From the NCBI RefSeq assembly GCF_009914755.1, contig NC_060928.1: a DNA stretch of 64,000 nucleotides. The stretch is one strand, 5' to 3'. Positions 40,808 through 58,337 of this stretch are shown here, piece by piece. The notes beneath the pieces are model-generated. The model was not told the DNA's origin. It ran no database searches and worked only from the letters and a program-made list of their open reading frames with translations. The DNA comes from the human T2T-CHM13v2.0 reference genome, Homo sapiens. Both the position numbers and the translations under genes were made by a program. The first letter of the stretch is position 1; every line of letters starts with the position of its first letter.

Positions 40808-41501
40808 GTGTTTATCACATATTTCTCCCGGAACCCCTCTGAAATGATAGAAAAGGAATTGAAGACGTTTACAATCACATACATTAAAAAAAAGAAAAAG
40901 AAAAGGAGATGAGAGTAGGCTACTGATGCCAATTAAACATGACAAGCTGGATGAGACCTGGAACTTTCATTTCCAGGAGTATGACAGATTAGACTTTGTG
41001 GCAAGCTCTATTGCCCAGATATACTGAGATCCTTGTTAAAATACATTCAGCAAATATAAAGAGACAAGGTGGGAAATATGAGGGAGAGGTTAAGAAAACT
41101 GGAAGCCAAAGTGAGAAGGTGTGATAGAGCCTTACATAGAGATAATGAAGAAAATGGAAGAGGTGTAAATGTTCTTGAACAAATGAAAAGTATCCATCTA
41201 CTGATCCAGGAAATAATCTATCTTAGATGAAATTCACTAATATTAGTAACGTGCTACTTTTCTTTATTTGAAGGTGTATTCATTAGTATTCATTTTATCA
41301 TTAGGCTTTTAACATGTAGATACAGCAGGTGTACTCTTTTTAATGTCTTAAAAATTACATACTGTAACAAATTAAAGTATTGGCATAAGTGCTGAGTTAG
41401 GCTTCAGCTTTATGAACTTTGCTAAGCTCCTATAAAAAGATCCAACAACAAGTTAGTCTATGAGAGTGTAATCTTAGAGGTTAATGATTTTGCCCCTCCC
41501 T

Positions 41502-41688
41502 GTTTTCTGTTTTCTCCTTTCAGAACCCCTATTATTTGTGTATTGGACTTCTTGATTGATATCACATTTTCTTATCTTTTCTCTGCAACTTTTTGTCTTT
41601 TTAATTCTGTTTCCTGAAAGAGTTCTTCAATGTTTATCTCCAATCCCTTCTACTAAGGTTTTAAATGTCTGCTATAATGTCTGAATTT
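41502..41688 (-). repeat. Inverted copy of the HAL1/L1 ORF1 segment at 42586-42766
   Basis: GTTTTCTGTTTTCTCCTTT...TTTCCTGAAAGAGTTCT...ATGTCTGCTAT is the reverse complement of 42586-42766 at roughly 75-80% identity. Confidence 0.8.
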
Positions 41689-41759
41689 CTTTAAATGTCT
41701 GAATTTCATCTAAGATGGGTTGTTTCCCAGATCAGTAGATTGATAGTTTTCACTAGTCC

Positions 41760-43785
<2,026 letters not shown>

Positions 43786-44164
43786 TGTATCTCAAGACTA
43801 ATCTAGAACACTCTGGAGCCTAGTTCTTTTTTTTAAAGCATCAGCTACAGTTTATTTTTATCCATTTCAGTTCTTAATTTAAGCAATGAAGCACAGAGAA
43901 AAATTGGAAACACTAAAGAAATGGGGAAAAAAGAAACCACATTATCCATAATCCTCCAACTCTATGTGACCATCCGAATCATTTTCCTTTCAATATTTTC
44001 ATAGAGTTGTAGTCATGGCTTCCATATAATTATATCCTGCTTTTTTCTCCCACATTATACTGTGATCAATTTCCAGCTTGCTATATAGCATTGTAATCAT
44101 CTTTCTTAATGGCTTGACAAGTCTTTTTGATCGGACTGTCACGCTCTACAAAATAGGTCACCTC

Positions 44165-44658
44165 TGTATTAGGGTTCTCCAGAGAAACAGAACCAATAGG
44201 AGGTATGTGTATATAAATACACACACACACACACACGCACACACATTTATTATGAGGAATTGGCTCACGTGATTATTGAGGCTGAGCAGATCAAGTCCCA
44301 TGATCTGCTGTCTGCAAACTGGAGAGGAGACCAAGAGTATAATTCCAGTCCAAGTCTGAAGGCCTGAGAACCAGAGGCTGAGGGTGTAAATCCCAGTCCA
44401 AGGGCAGGAGAAGACTGATGTCCCAGCTCAAGTACACAGCAGGAAGCAAAGGGGCAAATTTCTCCTCCCTCTGCCTTTTGTTCTGTTCAGGCCCTCAAGG
44501 AATTGGCTGATGCTCACCCACACCGAGCTAGATCTACTTTACGGAATCCACAGATTCAAATGCTAATTTCATCTTGAAACAACCTCAAAAATATGCCTAG
44601 AAATAGTGTTTAATCTGGGCACTCTGTGTCAAGTCCACTCATAAAATTCAGCATCCCA
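44165..44658 (-). mobile_element. ERVL solo LTR (MLT2B-like)
   Basis: TGTATTAGGGTTCTCCAGAGAAACAGAACCAATAGG...CATAAAATTCAGCATCCCA. Confidence 0.9.
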
Positions 44659-47309
44659 GTCCCCTCTCCCTCCTTCACATGGTCCTTTTTTCCTGCTTTT
44701 CAGACACTCCTAGCATGTGCTCCTCCACCAGCCTTGGCCCTGGGATGCTCTTCCTCGCTGTCACCACTCAATAAGTGGCTTAAATGCAACTCCCACAAGA
44801 CCTTTCGTGACCCCTGGGCTCCAGTAGGCCCCTTTCTTTCACACCTGCTTTCATCATGGCCGTTTTCACTCCCAGACATTTTCTTTTTATTACTTAATTT
44901 GTTTATCTGGGGCCTGTCTCCCTCAGTCAATTGTAAACACCATGGATGCAGAAATTATATCTTTCCTATATCCCACTCAAAGACCAGCACAGAGAATAGA
45001 GCTTGGCACAGAGAAAGCACTCAGTAAATATATGAGGGGTGGGGGGTGAATGAATAAGTGACTGAATAATGAATGGATGAAATGCTAACTGCTCAGGGCA
45101 CAGAGAGAAACCTGAGGCTGAACAGGAATAATGCACAGTTTGTTAAGCAAAGAGTCAAGAGATCTGCTTCTAGTCTTGGCTCCGCCACTCATCACGTGCA
45201 TAACTTAGAATAAGACACACTGAATCTCTCTGTGCCTGGCTTTCTCGCCTGTGAAATGAGCAGGTGGGAGTAGGTGGCCTCCATCATCTGTTTTGACAAT
45301 AAATACTGAGGTCTGCCTCTTTGCAAGTCCTCATTTTGCTAAAGATTTGTGTTGTGACTTTTGGAGAATAACTTTAGTTGGTTTCCCAGAAAGATGGATG
45401 AGTAGAAAATTTAGTCAAACAAATATATCTCTCCTTTTTTTTTTTGCCCTGCATGACAACCAGCAGTTAGTTTTAAGATTTCTTAACTCTGTATTTTCTT
45501 TTGTAAGATTCATCGACTAGCTAAATAAAGCAGCCTGAAGCTGGAGGGTGCCCTCACAAGAAACTTCCTTGATAGGCAATGATCCTTCAGGGAAATAGAG
45601 AATGGTGGCTGAAAGCACATAGTCTGATATCAGTCAGACAAACCTGGTTGTAAGTAATCTCCATGCAGGAACCTGGACAGGTTACTTAGGCAGAGAGGGT
45701 TGTATAGTAGTGCCAAATGCTTGAGCCAGACTGTAGGGGGTCGAGTCCTAGCTCTGCCACTTGCTGGCTGTGAAACCGCTCATGTCTCAGGTTTCCATCT
45801 GAAAATGGAGTTAAGAAAGTACCCACTTTATAAAATTACTGTGAGGAGTAATGAATTCCAAATGCATAAAACACCTTAGTCAGCGGGCGCTGAGAGCACA
45901 CAGAGTCACCACTCTTTGGGTTTGCTGCTATTGTTGTGCTGTCATTACTTAATTTATCTAGGTCTGTTTCTTCATTCATTCATCAATGAATATTTACCAA
46001 GTGCTTTTGAAGAGGCATCCTATCACTTCATTAACTTAAGATGAGACTTCTGGGTCTCAATTATAAAATCATTAGCCTATAAGTCTGGGAGGAAGTATGT
46101 TAATACCTCTTGCAATCATTCTCAAACATGTTCCCCTGGCAGTACATCTTGGGGAGAACTGCCTTCTGGCTGTGTCAGTCATCCAGGGGAGCATGGCTTA
46201 CCCCCCCACGTGCAGGATTCCCCTACCCTCTGTCATCCCACAAGAAGTTGGACCTCACTGTGCTCAGAGTCAACTCTTCTGACTCCCAGTCTGGGCCAGA
46301 ACAAGCAAGGCAGGTAAATGACAAAATGAAGGGGTAGAGAAACACAGAGGTATAAATGGAAGCACTCCAAAAAAAGAAAGAAAGAAGTAACAAGGCACTA
46401 GAAGTTGTTTCCTCCTAACATATAGAGCAATTGGCAGAGATGAATTTTGGATCTGATGTTCATCTCTGCCCTCACTTTCTCTGTCATTTCCCTCACTTTC
46501 ATTTCTGAGAATACTTCTGAAGCAGAGATTTGGGTCCATGATAGTGGATGTAATAGGAAAATGTTTAGAAGTAAATAATGGCAACTTTAAAGAAAGGACT
46601 ATCAAAGTTGCTAACAGCATATTGATGCACTTGCATATGGAAGAATTAAATAAGTTCATAAATAAATGAAGGTAGATCTTGAGATTATAGCTATTGAATT
46701 ATCCTCGGATCAATAACTGGAGCCTATCTTTGTAGAGTATTTATATTTCTCCTAGTCCATAGTCAAAATTAACATTCATGATCATGGTCTGTCCAACTGC
46801 CTTAATAGGGCTTCAGAAGGAACTTATAACCTTCTCCTGCAAGCTTGGTCTTCTTCCATAGTCTCTAACTTCATCCAAATAAGGCATATAACTTGGAGTT
46901 TTATTCTTCACACTCCTACTCTCTCAACATATCCAAACATCAGCAAATCTTACTAATCTTAGCACACAAATACCTCTCAAATTGGTGAATATTAATTAGT
47001 TTGAAATAGTTATGGTTAGCATGTTCAAAAACATAAATTAAAAAATAAAATATAGAAAAATGAATAAGGCATAATTAAGCAAAACAGGTGACTCTATAAC
47101 AAGAAAAGGTGGATAGGAAAAAGAACTAGTTAGAAACATCAGAAACAAGAAGTATCATAAAATATACAAAATCAGTAGATGCAATAAAACCTAGCTTGGA
47201 TGCAGTCACGATGATAATTAGTAAGTTGAAAGATAGCACTGAAGAATTCATGCAGAACACAACACAGCAACAAAGAAATACTGAGTAAGAGGAGACTTCA
47301 GAGGCACGG

Positions 47310-47900
47310 TGTGGTAACTTTCCTGCAAAGATGGCCACCATTAATTCCATCTCTCCCCATACACACAGGCTACTCTCCTGCCAAGAGGCAGTGTCTCCCC
47401 TCCTCTGGAATCTGGGCTGGCCTTATGATGTTTTTGACCAAGAGAATGTGGTAGGGGTGCTATTTAGGGCTTCTGTGGTTAGGTCTTAAAAATTCTTGAC
47501 AGATTCTGCCCGGGGTGCTTGAAACACTCCCTCTCAGAAGCCAGTAATCATACTGCGAGAAGTCTGAGCCACATGGGGAGCTGACTAAGACCCATGGAAA
47601 GCCAACAGGTAGGTGTGCCAATGGACAGTCCCAGGTGAGCTCCCACCCATGGGATCATCAACTGTCAGACATTTTGGGCCCATGAGCCATGGGGCCAGTG
47701 AGTCATCTTGGATGTCTAACCCAGTCAAGTTTCTGGATGACTTTGCTCCAGCTGGCATCTGGCCTCAACTGCACAAGAGGTCCCAAGTGAGAACAACTCA
47801 GCCAAGTCCAATCACCCCATGGAACCATGAGAAATAACAATAAATTATTGTTTTAAGTCACATTTTGGTGTGGTTTGTGGTACAGCACTAGATAATCAGA
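47310..47900 (+). mobile_element. MaLR solo LTR (MLT1G/H-like)
   Basis: TGTGGT...CAAAGATGGCCACCA; GAATCTGGGCTGGCCTT; AATAAATTATTGTTTTAAG...CAGCACTAGATAA. Confidence 0.82.
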
Positions 47901-48377
47901 GCCTACCAAGAATAGACTGAGAAGTTCTGATTAACAATTAACAGGAAGTCCAGAAGAAAATAAAAAAAAATGGCAGAAAAATTATATTCAAGAATATTCA
48001 AGAATTTTCCAGAATTGAGAAAGACATGGGTTCTCGGCATGAAAATGCACACTTTATATGTCAAGCAAAATCATTAAAAATAAATTCACACCTAGTCACA
48101 TTGTTGTGAAGCTGCAAAGCTTAAAAGCTAACAGACAAAAAAGGCAGGTCACTTACAGAGTAATGACAATTGAAATGGCAGCAGGCTTCTCATCAACATC
48201 AAGAAATGCATGATGGCAGGAAAGCAATATTTTCAGTGTTGAAAGAAACAAACTGTCAATCTACAATTCTGTACTCATCTACTTCATCATTTGAGTGAAA
48301 GCATAATAGAGACATTTTAAGAGATGCAAAAACTCAGAGAGCTACCTTTATGTTCCCTCAATAAAAGATTTAATTCT

Positions 48378-48682
<305 letters not shown>

Positions 48683-50214
48683 ATAAAAGATTTAATTCTA
48701 CAAGAAGAAATAGGAATTTAAAAAAGAAAACTGTATCCATGCAACAGCAGGCAAACCTAAAGTACAAAGTAACATACTGCAGAATGATGCATATAGTATA
48801 ATACTGTTAAAGTAATATTTAAACCCCTACCAAAAGACTATGTATTGTTTATTAAAATATCCACATATAGTAAAGTGGGAAACATGGACGGAAATGATAC
48901 CTACCAGCTTCAGGACAATGGCAGCCACGGGAGAGGGAGCAGAGAATGAAATTGAGAGGAACACACAAAAGGCCCCAACTATATCTATAACACCTATAAT
49001 TATTACTATTTGAACTCTTTTCTCTACTTAGGAACTGAATAGAGGCCAGTGATTTTTTTTGAAAGAGAATTGTTTGGAGGAAATGGTATCTCCTCACTCT
49101 CTGAAATCTTACGACCTGAAACTGAAGACCTACGCAGATTCTGATAAAATGGTGTGCATTGCTCTCTAAGCTTCCTGTCTGAACCGTCACTATCCAAGCT
49201 CACTAACTGCATAGAATCAAAGTGCACAGGATACCAAGTTTCTGTTGCTTTAAAAATATAAGGTCTTAAGCAAAATGGTAAAATGCTAACAATTTGTTAA
49301 ATCTGAATGGTAGGTACTTTTGTGTTTAAATATTTCAAATATTAACAGAACAGTTTTTTAGTAATAATTTGTGGAAAGCAATGCCATGGCTTCCTTTCAG
49401 AGTCACAACACAAACAAACTGGTGTCCGTGTAGCTGACAGCACTTTGTGTTGGCCCCGCTGGCGGAGCAGCAAGGTATCGCCACTTCCTGAGCTGCTTCA
49501 TCTGCGTTTGGATCCCCAGTGCCACCAGACAGAGCTGGGCTGTGCCCCCCACGTCATTCACAAATTTACAGAGTTAGGAGGAGACATTCAAAGATACATG
49601 ACTATATCTGATGAAGTAAGTTCTCGGACAAGGCCAATTTTTATTTAAAAGAAAATACAGTCCCAAGAGGAAATTTACATAAGGAAGGTGACCCATACTT
49701 GGAAGCTGAAGAGGTATGCTGGACCAGGGGCAAAGAGAGCTAATACCAAGGTGAATGTGTAGAGAACCGCAGGAACAGTGATGTGAACGTGAACACGAAT
49801 CAGGGGCCACCAGGACGTCTCCTGACTAGCAACTGGACCGCAGAGCCCACAGCCCACTGTGCCAGGGTGAAGGCCGGACATCCAGCCTCCAGAGACTTGA
49901 ACTGGTTCTCTGGATGGTAGCAAAAAAGGGGACTGATTAATGGACAAGTCTAACTCATTCCATGATTCTCAGGAATCTTTTGGGAGAAAAACCCAAGAGA
50001 AGTCTAAACTTCCTGCTGATTTGACAGGTGGGGCCTGGACTTTTGTGATTTGGGTATTTAAGAGGAATTGTTATCTTATATTGGAGATACAGATTGCTGA
50101 CGGCAAGGCTTTGGGCTACTGACTTTATCCTCATCATTTGTACACTAGGCAAAGAAGAAGCAGAGGTAGAAAGATTTCAAAACAGCAGCCTATCCCCAAG
50201 CAATTTTGCAGTCA

Positions 50215-50475
50215 GTGAGGCCTTTCCTGACCACTCTGTTTAATATTGTATTCCTCCCACCACGTACTCTGGACCTGTCTCCCAGCTTTATTTGCCTTAG
50301 TAGAAGGATTACCTTAATGTTTAAAGAATTATTTAGTATTTTTTCTGTCTCTCCAACTAGGATGTAAGCTCCATGGAGTCAGAAATTATCTGTTTTGTTC
50401 ACTGCTGGTCTGTAAGTTTCAGAGCAGTGCCTGGCACAAAATAGAAGCTTAGTAAACATTTATTGAATGAATGAC
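50215..50475 (+). mobile_element. L2 3' end
   Basis: CTAGGATGTAAGCTCCATGGAG...GTGCCTGGCACA...ATTTATTGAATGAATGA. Confidence 0.8.
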
Positions 50476-50537
50476 CCAACCTGTGTTTGGCTTTGGAGTG
50501 TGCTCATACATAACACATACGTCACAAACACTCTCAG

Positions 50538-51000
50538 TGAGATAAAATTTATGGAAGACCATTGATTTAGACTGAGCTCCTGCACTAAACCCTGACAAAC
50601 CAATCTAAAGTGAAGTCACTCATGCTAAGGCCCATATCACCAAACTGAAACCTAAGCTGTTTACCTTTAAGATCTGGCCTTCTGAGAAATCAGGAGAGAC
50701 AGTAGCCTAACACCCAAATAGGAACGTTTACCAAGAAACAAGAGATTCACAGCAACCCATCAAAAGGGGCCCAGTCAACTGAGCTTGTGATAAGGGAGCC
50801 CCGTCTGCTTTAACCCACACAAGGAGAGTAACCTGAAGTGACCTGATGTTAACCAATCTGCTTTTTGCAGTAGGCTATCTCCCCGTTCCTGCTCAAGTTG
50901 CCTTACAGAAACCCACTCTTCTGCCTCACCCAGTGGAGCTCCAGTCTGTTTTGTAGACTGGATGCTGCCCAGTTCATGAATCACTAATAAAAGTCACTCA
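50538..51000 (+). mobile_element. ERV1 solo LTR (MER31-like)
   Basis: ATAAAATTTATGGAAGACCATTGATTTAGACTGAGCTCCTGCACTA...CATGAATCACTAATAAAAG; same family as 10591-11053. Confidence 0.8.
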
Positions 51001-53775
51001 GCCCTTCTCAGCAGACTCAGGGCCTCGTGCTTGCTAAATATAATGGAATCTAGAAACAGTGTGCATGGAGCACCCTGTTTTTGTTTTAAGCTGAAAGAAA
51101 CCCTAAGGCAGGTTAGGAGAAAGCAGCCTGCCCAGACCACAGCCGTTGCCTACGGATCAGAAAGAGGCCTGGGCTGGAGTGAGGAGCAGACCTTTCCCAT
51201 GGAACCCAGGGTCACACCAACTCTGAGGAGCCCAGTGACCCACATGGGCCTGGGAAGGAAGTGGCCAGGATAGGCCAGCTGGGGACAGTGCCTGGCTCTC
51301 CACTTCTGCCCCATGGTGCCTCTGGGAGAGTGATCTCACCTCCTGTCCAAACCCCAGACTTCAAGTAGCTTCTCCAGCTTTTTTTTTTTACTATTAAAAA
51401 AAAAAGAGGAGAGAGAGAGCTGGGGAGAATTAGAGAAGGCAAAAGGTGGAGGGGCAGACAGGCTGGGCTAAACCGGCGAGCGTCCTGCCAGGGGTAGCTG
51501 TGCGGGAAAGGGCCTGAGGCTGGACGTTAGCTAGAGCTCTGCTGCGATGGAACAAAAATAAAGTCCCTTTTCTGCAGGGTGGGGGATTCCTGAAACAATG
51601 CCCATTGTGGACTTCTAAAGCCTGGCTGGGGCCCCAGCTTCTAAAAGGGGTTTTGAGTTGTAACAGCAACAACAACTCATTTGCTTTTCGTGGTGATCCC
51701 TAGGCCACCCTATCCTGATGGCCTGATCTTCAGGAGGACAAGGTGAACTGTTCCCCTTATCTCGCCTTGCTTGACAGGACAGGGTTAGCAGGAGGGGAAT
51801 CAAGTTTAAGTTTTGTTTTGCTTTTTTTCCTCCCTTCTGGTATTTCCTACTGTACATGCTGCCAGAGGCGATGACAATGGTGGAAACTAATAAACTATAT
51901 GTATAAGCTTTTCTTTCTGGTACAACAAACACAGGTTATGAGTTTCTCTGCCTCTTTTAATCATTGCTTAAAGTCTTTTCTTTTCCTTGCCTGTGGACTT
52001 CAGCACTTGCCTTGCTAAAGGCCTCTGCCTTTTGTTCTGGCCTGAAGCACAAACTTCAGTGGCAGCCTCCTTGTTTAGGGCATGCTTTCTCATCCTCTTT
52101 CTGTTTCCCCTTCCCTGTGTCTGTCCCTCCCTCCCCTTCCCTTCTCAGCACCCCACTCCCTCCCCCAAAACCAGTTTATTTGTTTGAAATTGCCAATACA
52201 GCATTTCCTACACTGACAGTGTAGGAAACCTGAGTTATGGATTCTGAGTTTCTAGTTTACTGCCCAAACGACTCAGGGCATTTATTTCATGGGCCTCTTC
52301 CAGGTGGAGCAGGTAGGGAGAGGTGCTAAATAACTGACTTGCCAGAGTGTGTTCATCGTACGAGTTCCCTCTGCGTCAACTAATGAGACTTACATAATTA
52401 AATGCGTGTAAATCTTCCCTGATTGGCGGTGTTGGTCCCTGGTTTGGGAATGTCAGAGAAGGCTGGCAGGTGGCATAGAAGGGAGGTGGGCTTGCCAGGT
52501 ATCTGCATCCCTCTTCATGGCCTCCCTCTTCCAGGGATCTTCACTACTGCCTCCAAGGCTCCACCAGCCAGAGGACCAGGCCTCTGAGCCTCTCATGCCC
52601 CTGGGAGGAGAAAGGCAGGAAACAGAAATGGCCTTGCCTTATTCTGCATATCTAAAAGCAAATTACCTTAGCTCCAAACTAAAAAAAAAAAAATGCTTCT
52701 ATATGTAAACAGCACCCATCAATCGCTGGTAAATTATTTCCTTCTCCCTTCACAAACACATATCCAGCCTTAATTCAGATAATCTTTGACTTAGAAGTAA
52801 GAACCCGCAGAAGGACTTTCAGATGTAGATTCCAGTAATTTTGCCACAGATTACTATAGGATGGTAGGTGACCTTCAACACAAATAATTCCTCAGTTTAG
52901 ACTGAAACCACCAGAGAATATCTGAATAAACACAATGTTTGTCTCCAACAGCTCAGCTCTCTTTGGTTGCACCATCTCACCTGTAGCTGTGTTGTCGCTA
53001 AGCCCTGGCTGGGAGGAGAGAGCTGGATGGATCCATCTCTGCCTTGCTGTGTGGGATTGGGCAAGCCACTTTCCATCTGGGCCTGTGTTTCCTCAGCTGC
53101 AAATTAAAAATTAAACTGAATTATTTCTAAGATCCCTTCCATGTTTAAACTTCTATGAGCCTGAGATGAAATTTGACTACTAGTAACCAAGTCTATTAAT
53201 GATTGTTAATCCCTACACATCCCCACAAGAATATGAGCTACTGGTGACTTCAATACTTTTATTAAATATATATATAATTGAAATATAATATATATGCAGA
53301 AAAACACATAAATGTACTGCTTGATGGGTCTTCCCAAACTGAACATACCCTGTGTAACCAACACCCTAATCCAGAGGCAGAACATTCCCGGCTCCCACAG
53401 AAATCCCTCACCCGCCACCTTTCCAGGCTCAGGTTCCATATTAATGCTTCATAAATAAATTTTGAGTCTACAACTACTCTACCTTCAATTCTGTTACTTA
53501 GGCAAATTCACAAATAGTCCACACCTGCATTGTAATAAACAATAGGGGACAAAATAAACAGTTCTAGGGAACTAGAAATGGTCCTTTATTACCCAGAGAA
53601 AGAGCTTGTCAAACACAGGAGATACACGAGAGCATGAATAAAACGAGAAATGGCTTAAAACATGACAATTGTGGCAGTGGTCAATAGCATTGATTCCTTG
53701 AGTGCTCCTGCCTAGATGAGGAAATCAGTTCATTACTGAAAGGAAAATAACAGCATTTACACCCATTTCCAACAC

Positions 53776-53778
<3 letters not shown>

Positions 53779-53818
<40 letters not shown>
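53779..53818 (+). repeat. (AC)n microsatellite, about 20 units
   Basis: Read directly from the sequence. Confidence 0.95.
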
Positions 53819-53820
<2 letters not shown>

Positions 53821-55358
53821 GCATGGTTCATTTCGGTCACTGAATATAACTCCTTCTTTTAGAGAAAAACAAATGTTTAGGGTTTCATGAGTCATACAAA
53901 CGTATGCAAAGCACACTATAAAGACAATATAACCTCTATGAAGATTGATTTGTAATTCTCATATCAGTGTATTGAGGGGTCATTGATGGATTTGCTTTAT
54001 ATTCACCGGCCATGAAATCAAATCGTGGAGCCTGACTCTACCCTCTGGGATGGCCCAGAATCGGGAGGTGACTGGAGCTGAACTTTCCTTAGGTTGCTGG
54101 TATTTTCTCCTAGGTCAGGAGGAAGGGTAGGGATTTTAGATTTGGAAGGGTCTATAGAGGACCTGCAGTGCAAACCCTCTATTTTATAGATAAGCAGTTT
54201 GGACCCAGAACAGGGAAGGGAGTTGACCGGTCACCAGCCAGATGGTGGCAGGCCAGGGAACTCCTGTGCTCTTTCTGCTACCCCACGGGCCATCCCTGAT
54301 CCCGTGTCCTGCTGTGGCAGCTCCTGGATGTGGAGTTACCTGCTATTCCCTTTCGCAGCATCAAAAGCAGGGGAGATGGGAGGAGCTGCCACTGGCGCCC
54401 ACAGCCCTTCTCCTCTTGGCCTTGTGTGGTCAACTAAGACTGTCTTTTGCACGTTTTCCTTTTTGAATGTAGATTTAGGAAGTTAAGGTAACCTTATCCC
54501 CTAATTCCTGCCACTTCACCATCACCTCTCCATGCCAGTTCCCTCTCTTGTTTGGGGGAGGTCCTTGTTTTTCTCCTCTTCCATTCTAGCCCCTGTGTGC
54601 ACCTGCTCCTCCCTGCAGGTGCCCTCTCTAATGAGTTTGATGCACACGGTGTCCTTGGTTGTCTGTGTCCTTGTAAAGTTTAGCTTGATGGGTGTAGAGG
54701 TTTCTAAATTACATCAATGATAGTGTGCTACAGACTTTTTTCTGGTTCTTTCTTGTTTTGCTCACCACCATGTGTTTGAGTTCTATCCATGTACGATATG
54801 CACATTGAGTTGAGTCCATCTAACTGCTATGATATATTCAATAGTGTCGAGGGCCATATTTTACATCTAAGCTCTCCTAATAAAGGGTGAATTTTGGCAA
54901 TCTCCCCAGCTCCCCTCCTGATGGCCTTCCCTTTCTCCCTGGCTGCCCAATGCTTGGACCCTGTCCTTCCTGCCTCCAGGCTGTGCTTCCTCCCCACTGT
55001 GTGCTATTACTCTCTCTCTGCAGATTCCCAACTTTTTCTTTGCCAATTTCACACCTTCCCCTCAGTTTCACCAGCCAAACCTTCTGCACTGCTGGATATC
55101 AGATTCCACTTCCTCCACCAGGACTTTCCCGCTTCCAGCAGCCCTCAGCTTCTACACAGCCAGAACACACTTTGTCCATATTATTCTTTTTTGGTTCTTG
55201 ATGATATCTTGCTTCAATTTGCTAGGTAACCTGAATAAATCCCAGAGCCCTACATGGTCCATTCTCAGCCCAGTAGCATGTTCGGAGAAACACAATCCAA
55301 CAATTTAAATTAATTACTAATTCTTCACTTCTTTACTCCATTTCTCTAGCAAACATTA

Positions 55359-56037
<679 letters not shown>

Positions 56038-56199
56038 TCAGACGCTAAGCTGGGTCACACCAGGATAGGTGGACGAGGGGCAGCTTTGTTTCTCCGAGAG
56101 CTCCTTTCTTGTGAATGGACAAGCACAAAGACCCCTGGGAAAGCTAATTCTCTCCAACTATTTTTCTGTGGAACTCTGATGAATGTAGTTCTCTGCTTT

Positions 56200-56695
56200 A
56201 TAGAAATTATTTCACTTTGCAGCAGTCTTGTGGTTTCGGGCAAATTAACCAAAGTCCCAGCCCCAAGGGTGGGCCTTAATTGGCATAACCATGCAATATA
56301 ATCTCATCCTCTTTCTTTGCTGTGGTCAAGAGATGGGACTGAGCTGCTTATCACATGGCTCTCCCTGTCCATAATAATTGATTAGTCTAATCCAAATGAA
56401 CTGCAGGACTTGGCTTGTTGTGCTGAATCAAGAGAAGAAGCTCTTTCTTGCCTCGATGGGGGTAGGCTGAGGCTGCGGTGGCCTTTTTGCTCTGAGGGAA
56501 GCCAGCCTGTGGATGAAGCCAGTGCGTGGAGGAAGGCAGTCTGGAGACTCACAGGGACACAGGAACCACAGCCCTGGAAAAACTGTCGCTGCCACCTGCA
56601 GCACTGTGGGAGTTACCTTAGCCAAAAAGTTTCTCCTGTTGTTTGAAACGGTTTGAGTTTGGTCTGCTATTTTAGTCTGCAACCAAAGGTACTCT
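56200..56695 (+). mobile_element. Old MaLR LTR (MLT1K/L-like)
   Basis: GAGGGAAGCCAGCCTGTGGATGAAGCCA...GGTTTGAGTTTGG...TGCAACCAAAG. Confidence 0.65.
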
Positions 56696-56897
56696 TCCTC
56701 CTTCCAACCTTGCTGACTCTGGCTTATGTTTGTTTCTTCTAGCTAACTGCAAGCACCTCCAGGGACAAGCCACAAAATACGAATTGAGTAAATCCAGTGA
56801 TTCTGCATACAAATCAAATGCTCATATTTGTATTTAAAAGAGGTATTACACAATGTAAAGATGAAAAAATTCATGCTAATAATTTGAATTTCAATTT
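56692..56897 (+). repeat. Dispersed direct repeat, ~206 bp (paralog at 61303-61512)
   Basis: CTCTTCCTCCTTCCAACCTTGC...GCTAATAATTTGAATTT; about 19 substitutions and one 4-bp indel. Confidence 0.95.
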
Positions 56898-57073
56898 AAT
56901 AATTAATGTCACCATCTCAGTTGCCTCTTTTTTAAAATGGGATTTTTAAAAATTGCCTCATCTGACAGGATTACATGAACTATCATATGTAAAATGCCTG
57001 GCTCTTTGTTTAACGCTTAGTCAATAAGCATTTAGTCAATGGTTTTCTTTTCCTTTTCCCTTCTTCCTTAAAG

Positions 57074-57362
57074 CAGGAACTGGGCCACACAGCAGGAGGT
57101 GAGCCACAGGCAAGTGAGCATTACCGCCTGAGCTCCGCCTCCTGTCAGATCAGCAGTGGCATCAGATTCCCATAGGAGCACCAACCCTATTGTGAACTGT
57201 GCATGCGAGGGATCTAGGTTGCGTGCTCCTTTTGAGAATCTAATGCCTCATGATCTGAGGTGGAACAGTTTCATCTCAAAACCAACCTCTCCACCTCTGG
57301 TTCGTGGAAAAATTGTCTTCCACAAAACCAGACACTGGTGCAAAAAAGGTTAGGGACACCTG
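57074..57362. mobile_element. MER1B-like hAT-Charlie element with a left-end internal deletion
   Basis: GAGCTCCGCCTCCTGTCAGATCAGCAGTGGCAT...GTGGAAAAATTGTCTTCCAC; perfect 8-bp TSD CCTTAAAG at 57066-57073 and 57363-57370. Confidence 0.92.
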
Positions 57363-57860
57363 CCTTAAAGGACTAGCCATTTATAGGGAGTGAAGAGGAT
57401 ACATTTGCATCCTGATACAAAGGGAAAAAAAAGAAGAAAAAGAAAGGGGAAAGAGACTTGCTGTAAGTCAAACTCAACAAAAAGAATGTTGGCCTCTAAG
57501 CCAGATGATTGCTGAATGGAATCCAGTGTGGGCTCTTTGAGATTCTTCAAGTCCCATCACAAGGACCCTACCCTGTCTCCTTCCCCCTGCAGCAAACCTG
57601 GTTCCTGTACTGCCTCCTGATCTCCTGGAGCAGGCTGCTGTGTCAGTGGGTGATTGTCCCCAGTCAGTGTTGGTGTGGCCAGAACTGGGAATCCAGAAGG
57701 GCTATGGCTCCACATAGAACTAGCATGGGTCCTGTTCTGGGAAAGAAAGTGTGAGATTCTTCTGCCTGTGGAAATGGGTAGAGGATTCCTAAGTAAAGAC
57801 AGCTTTTTTCTTTTAAAATAAACTTTTTGTTATGGAAAATTTCAATCATATACAAAATAG

Positions 57861-58337
<477 letters not shown>

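Noticed and set aside
52463-52476. CTCF-like CTGGCAGGTGGCA
   Set aside because: Two mismatches in the conserved 5' part of the core; too weak to call.
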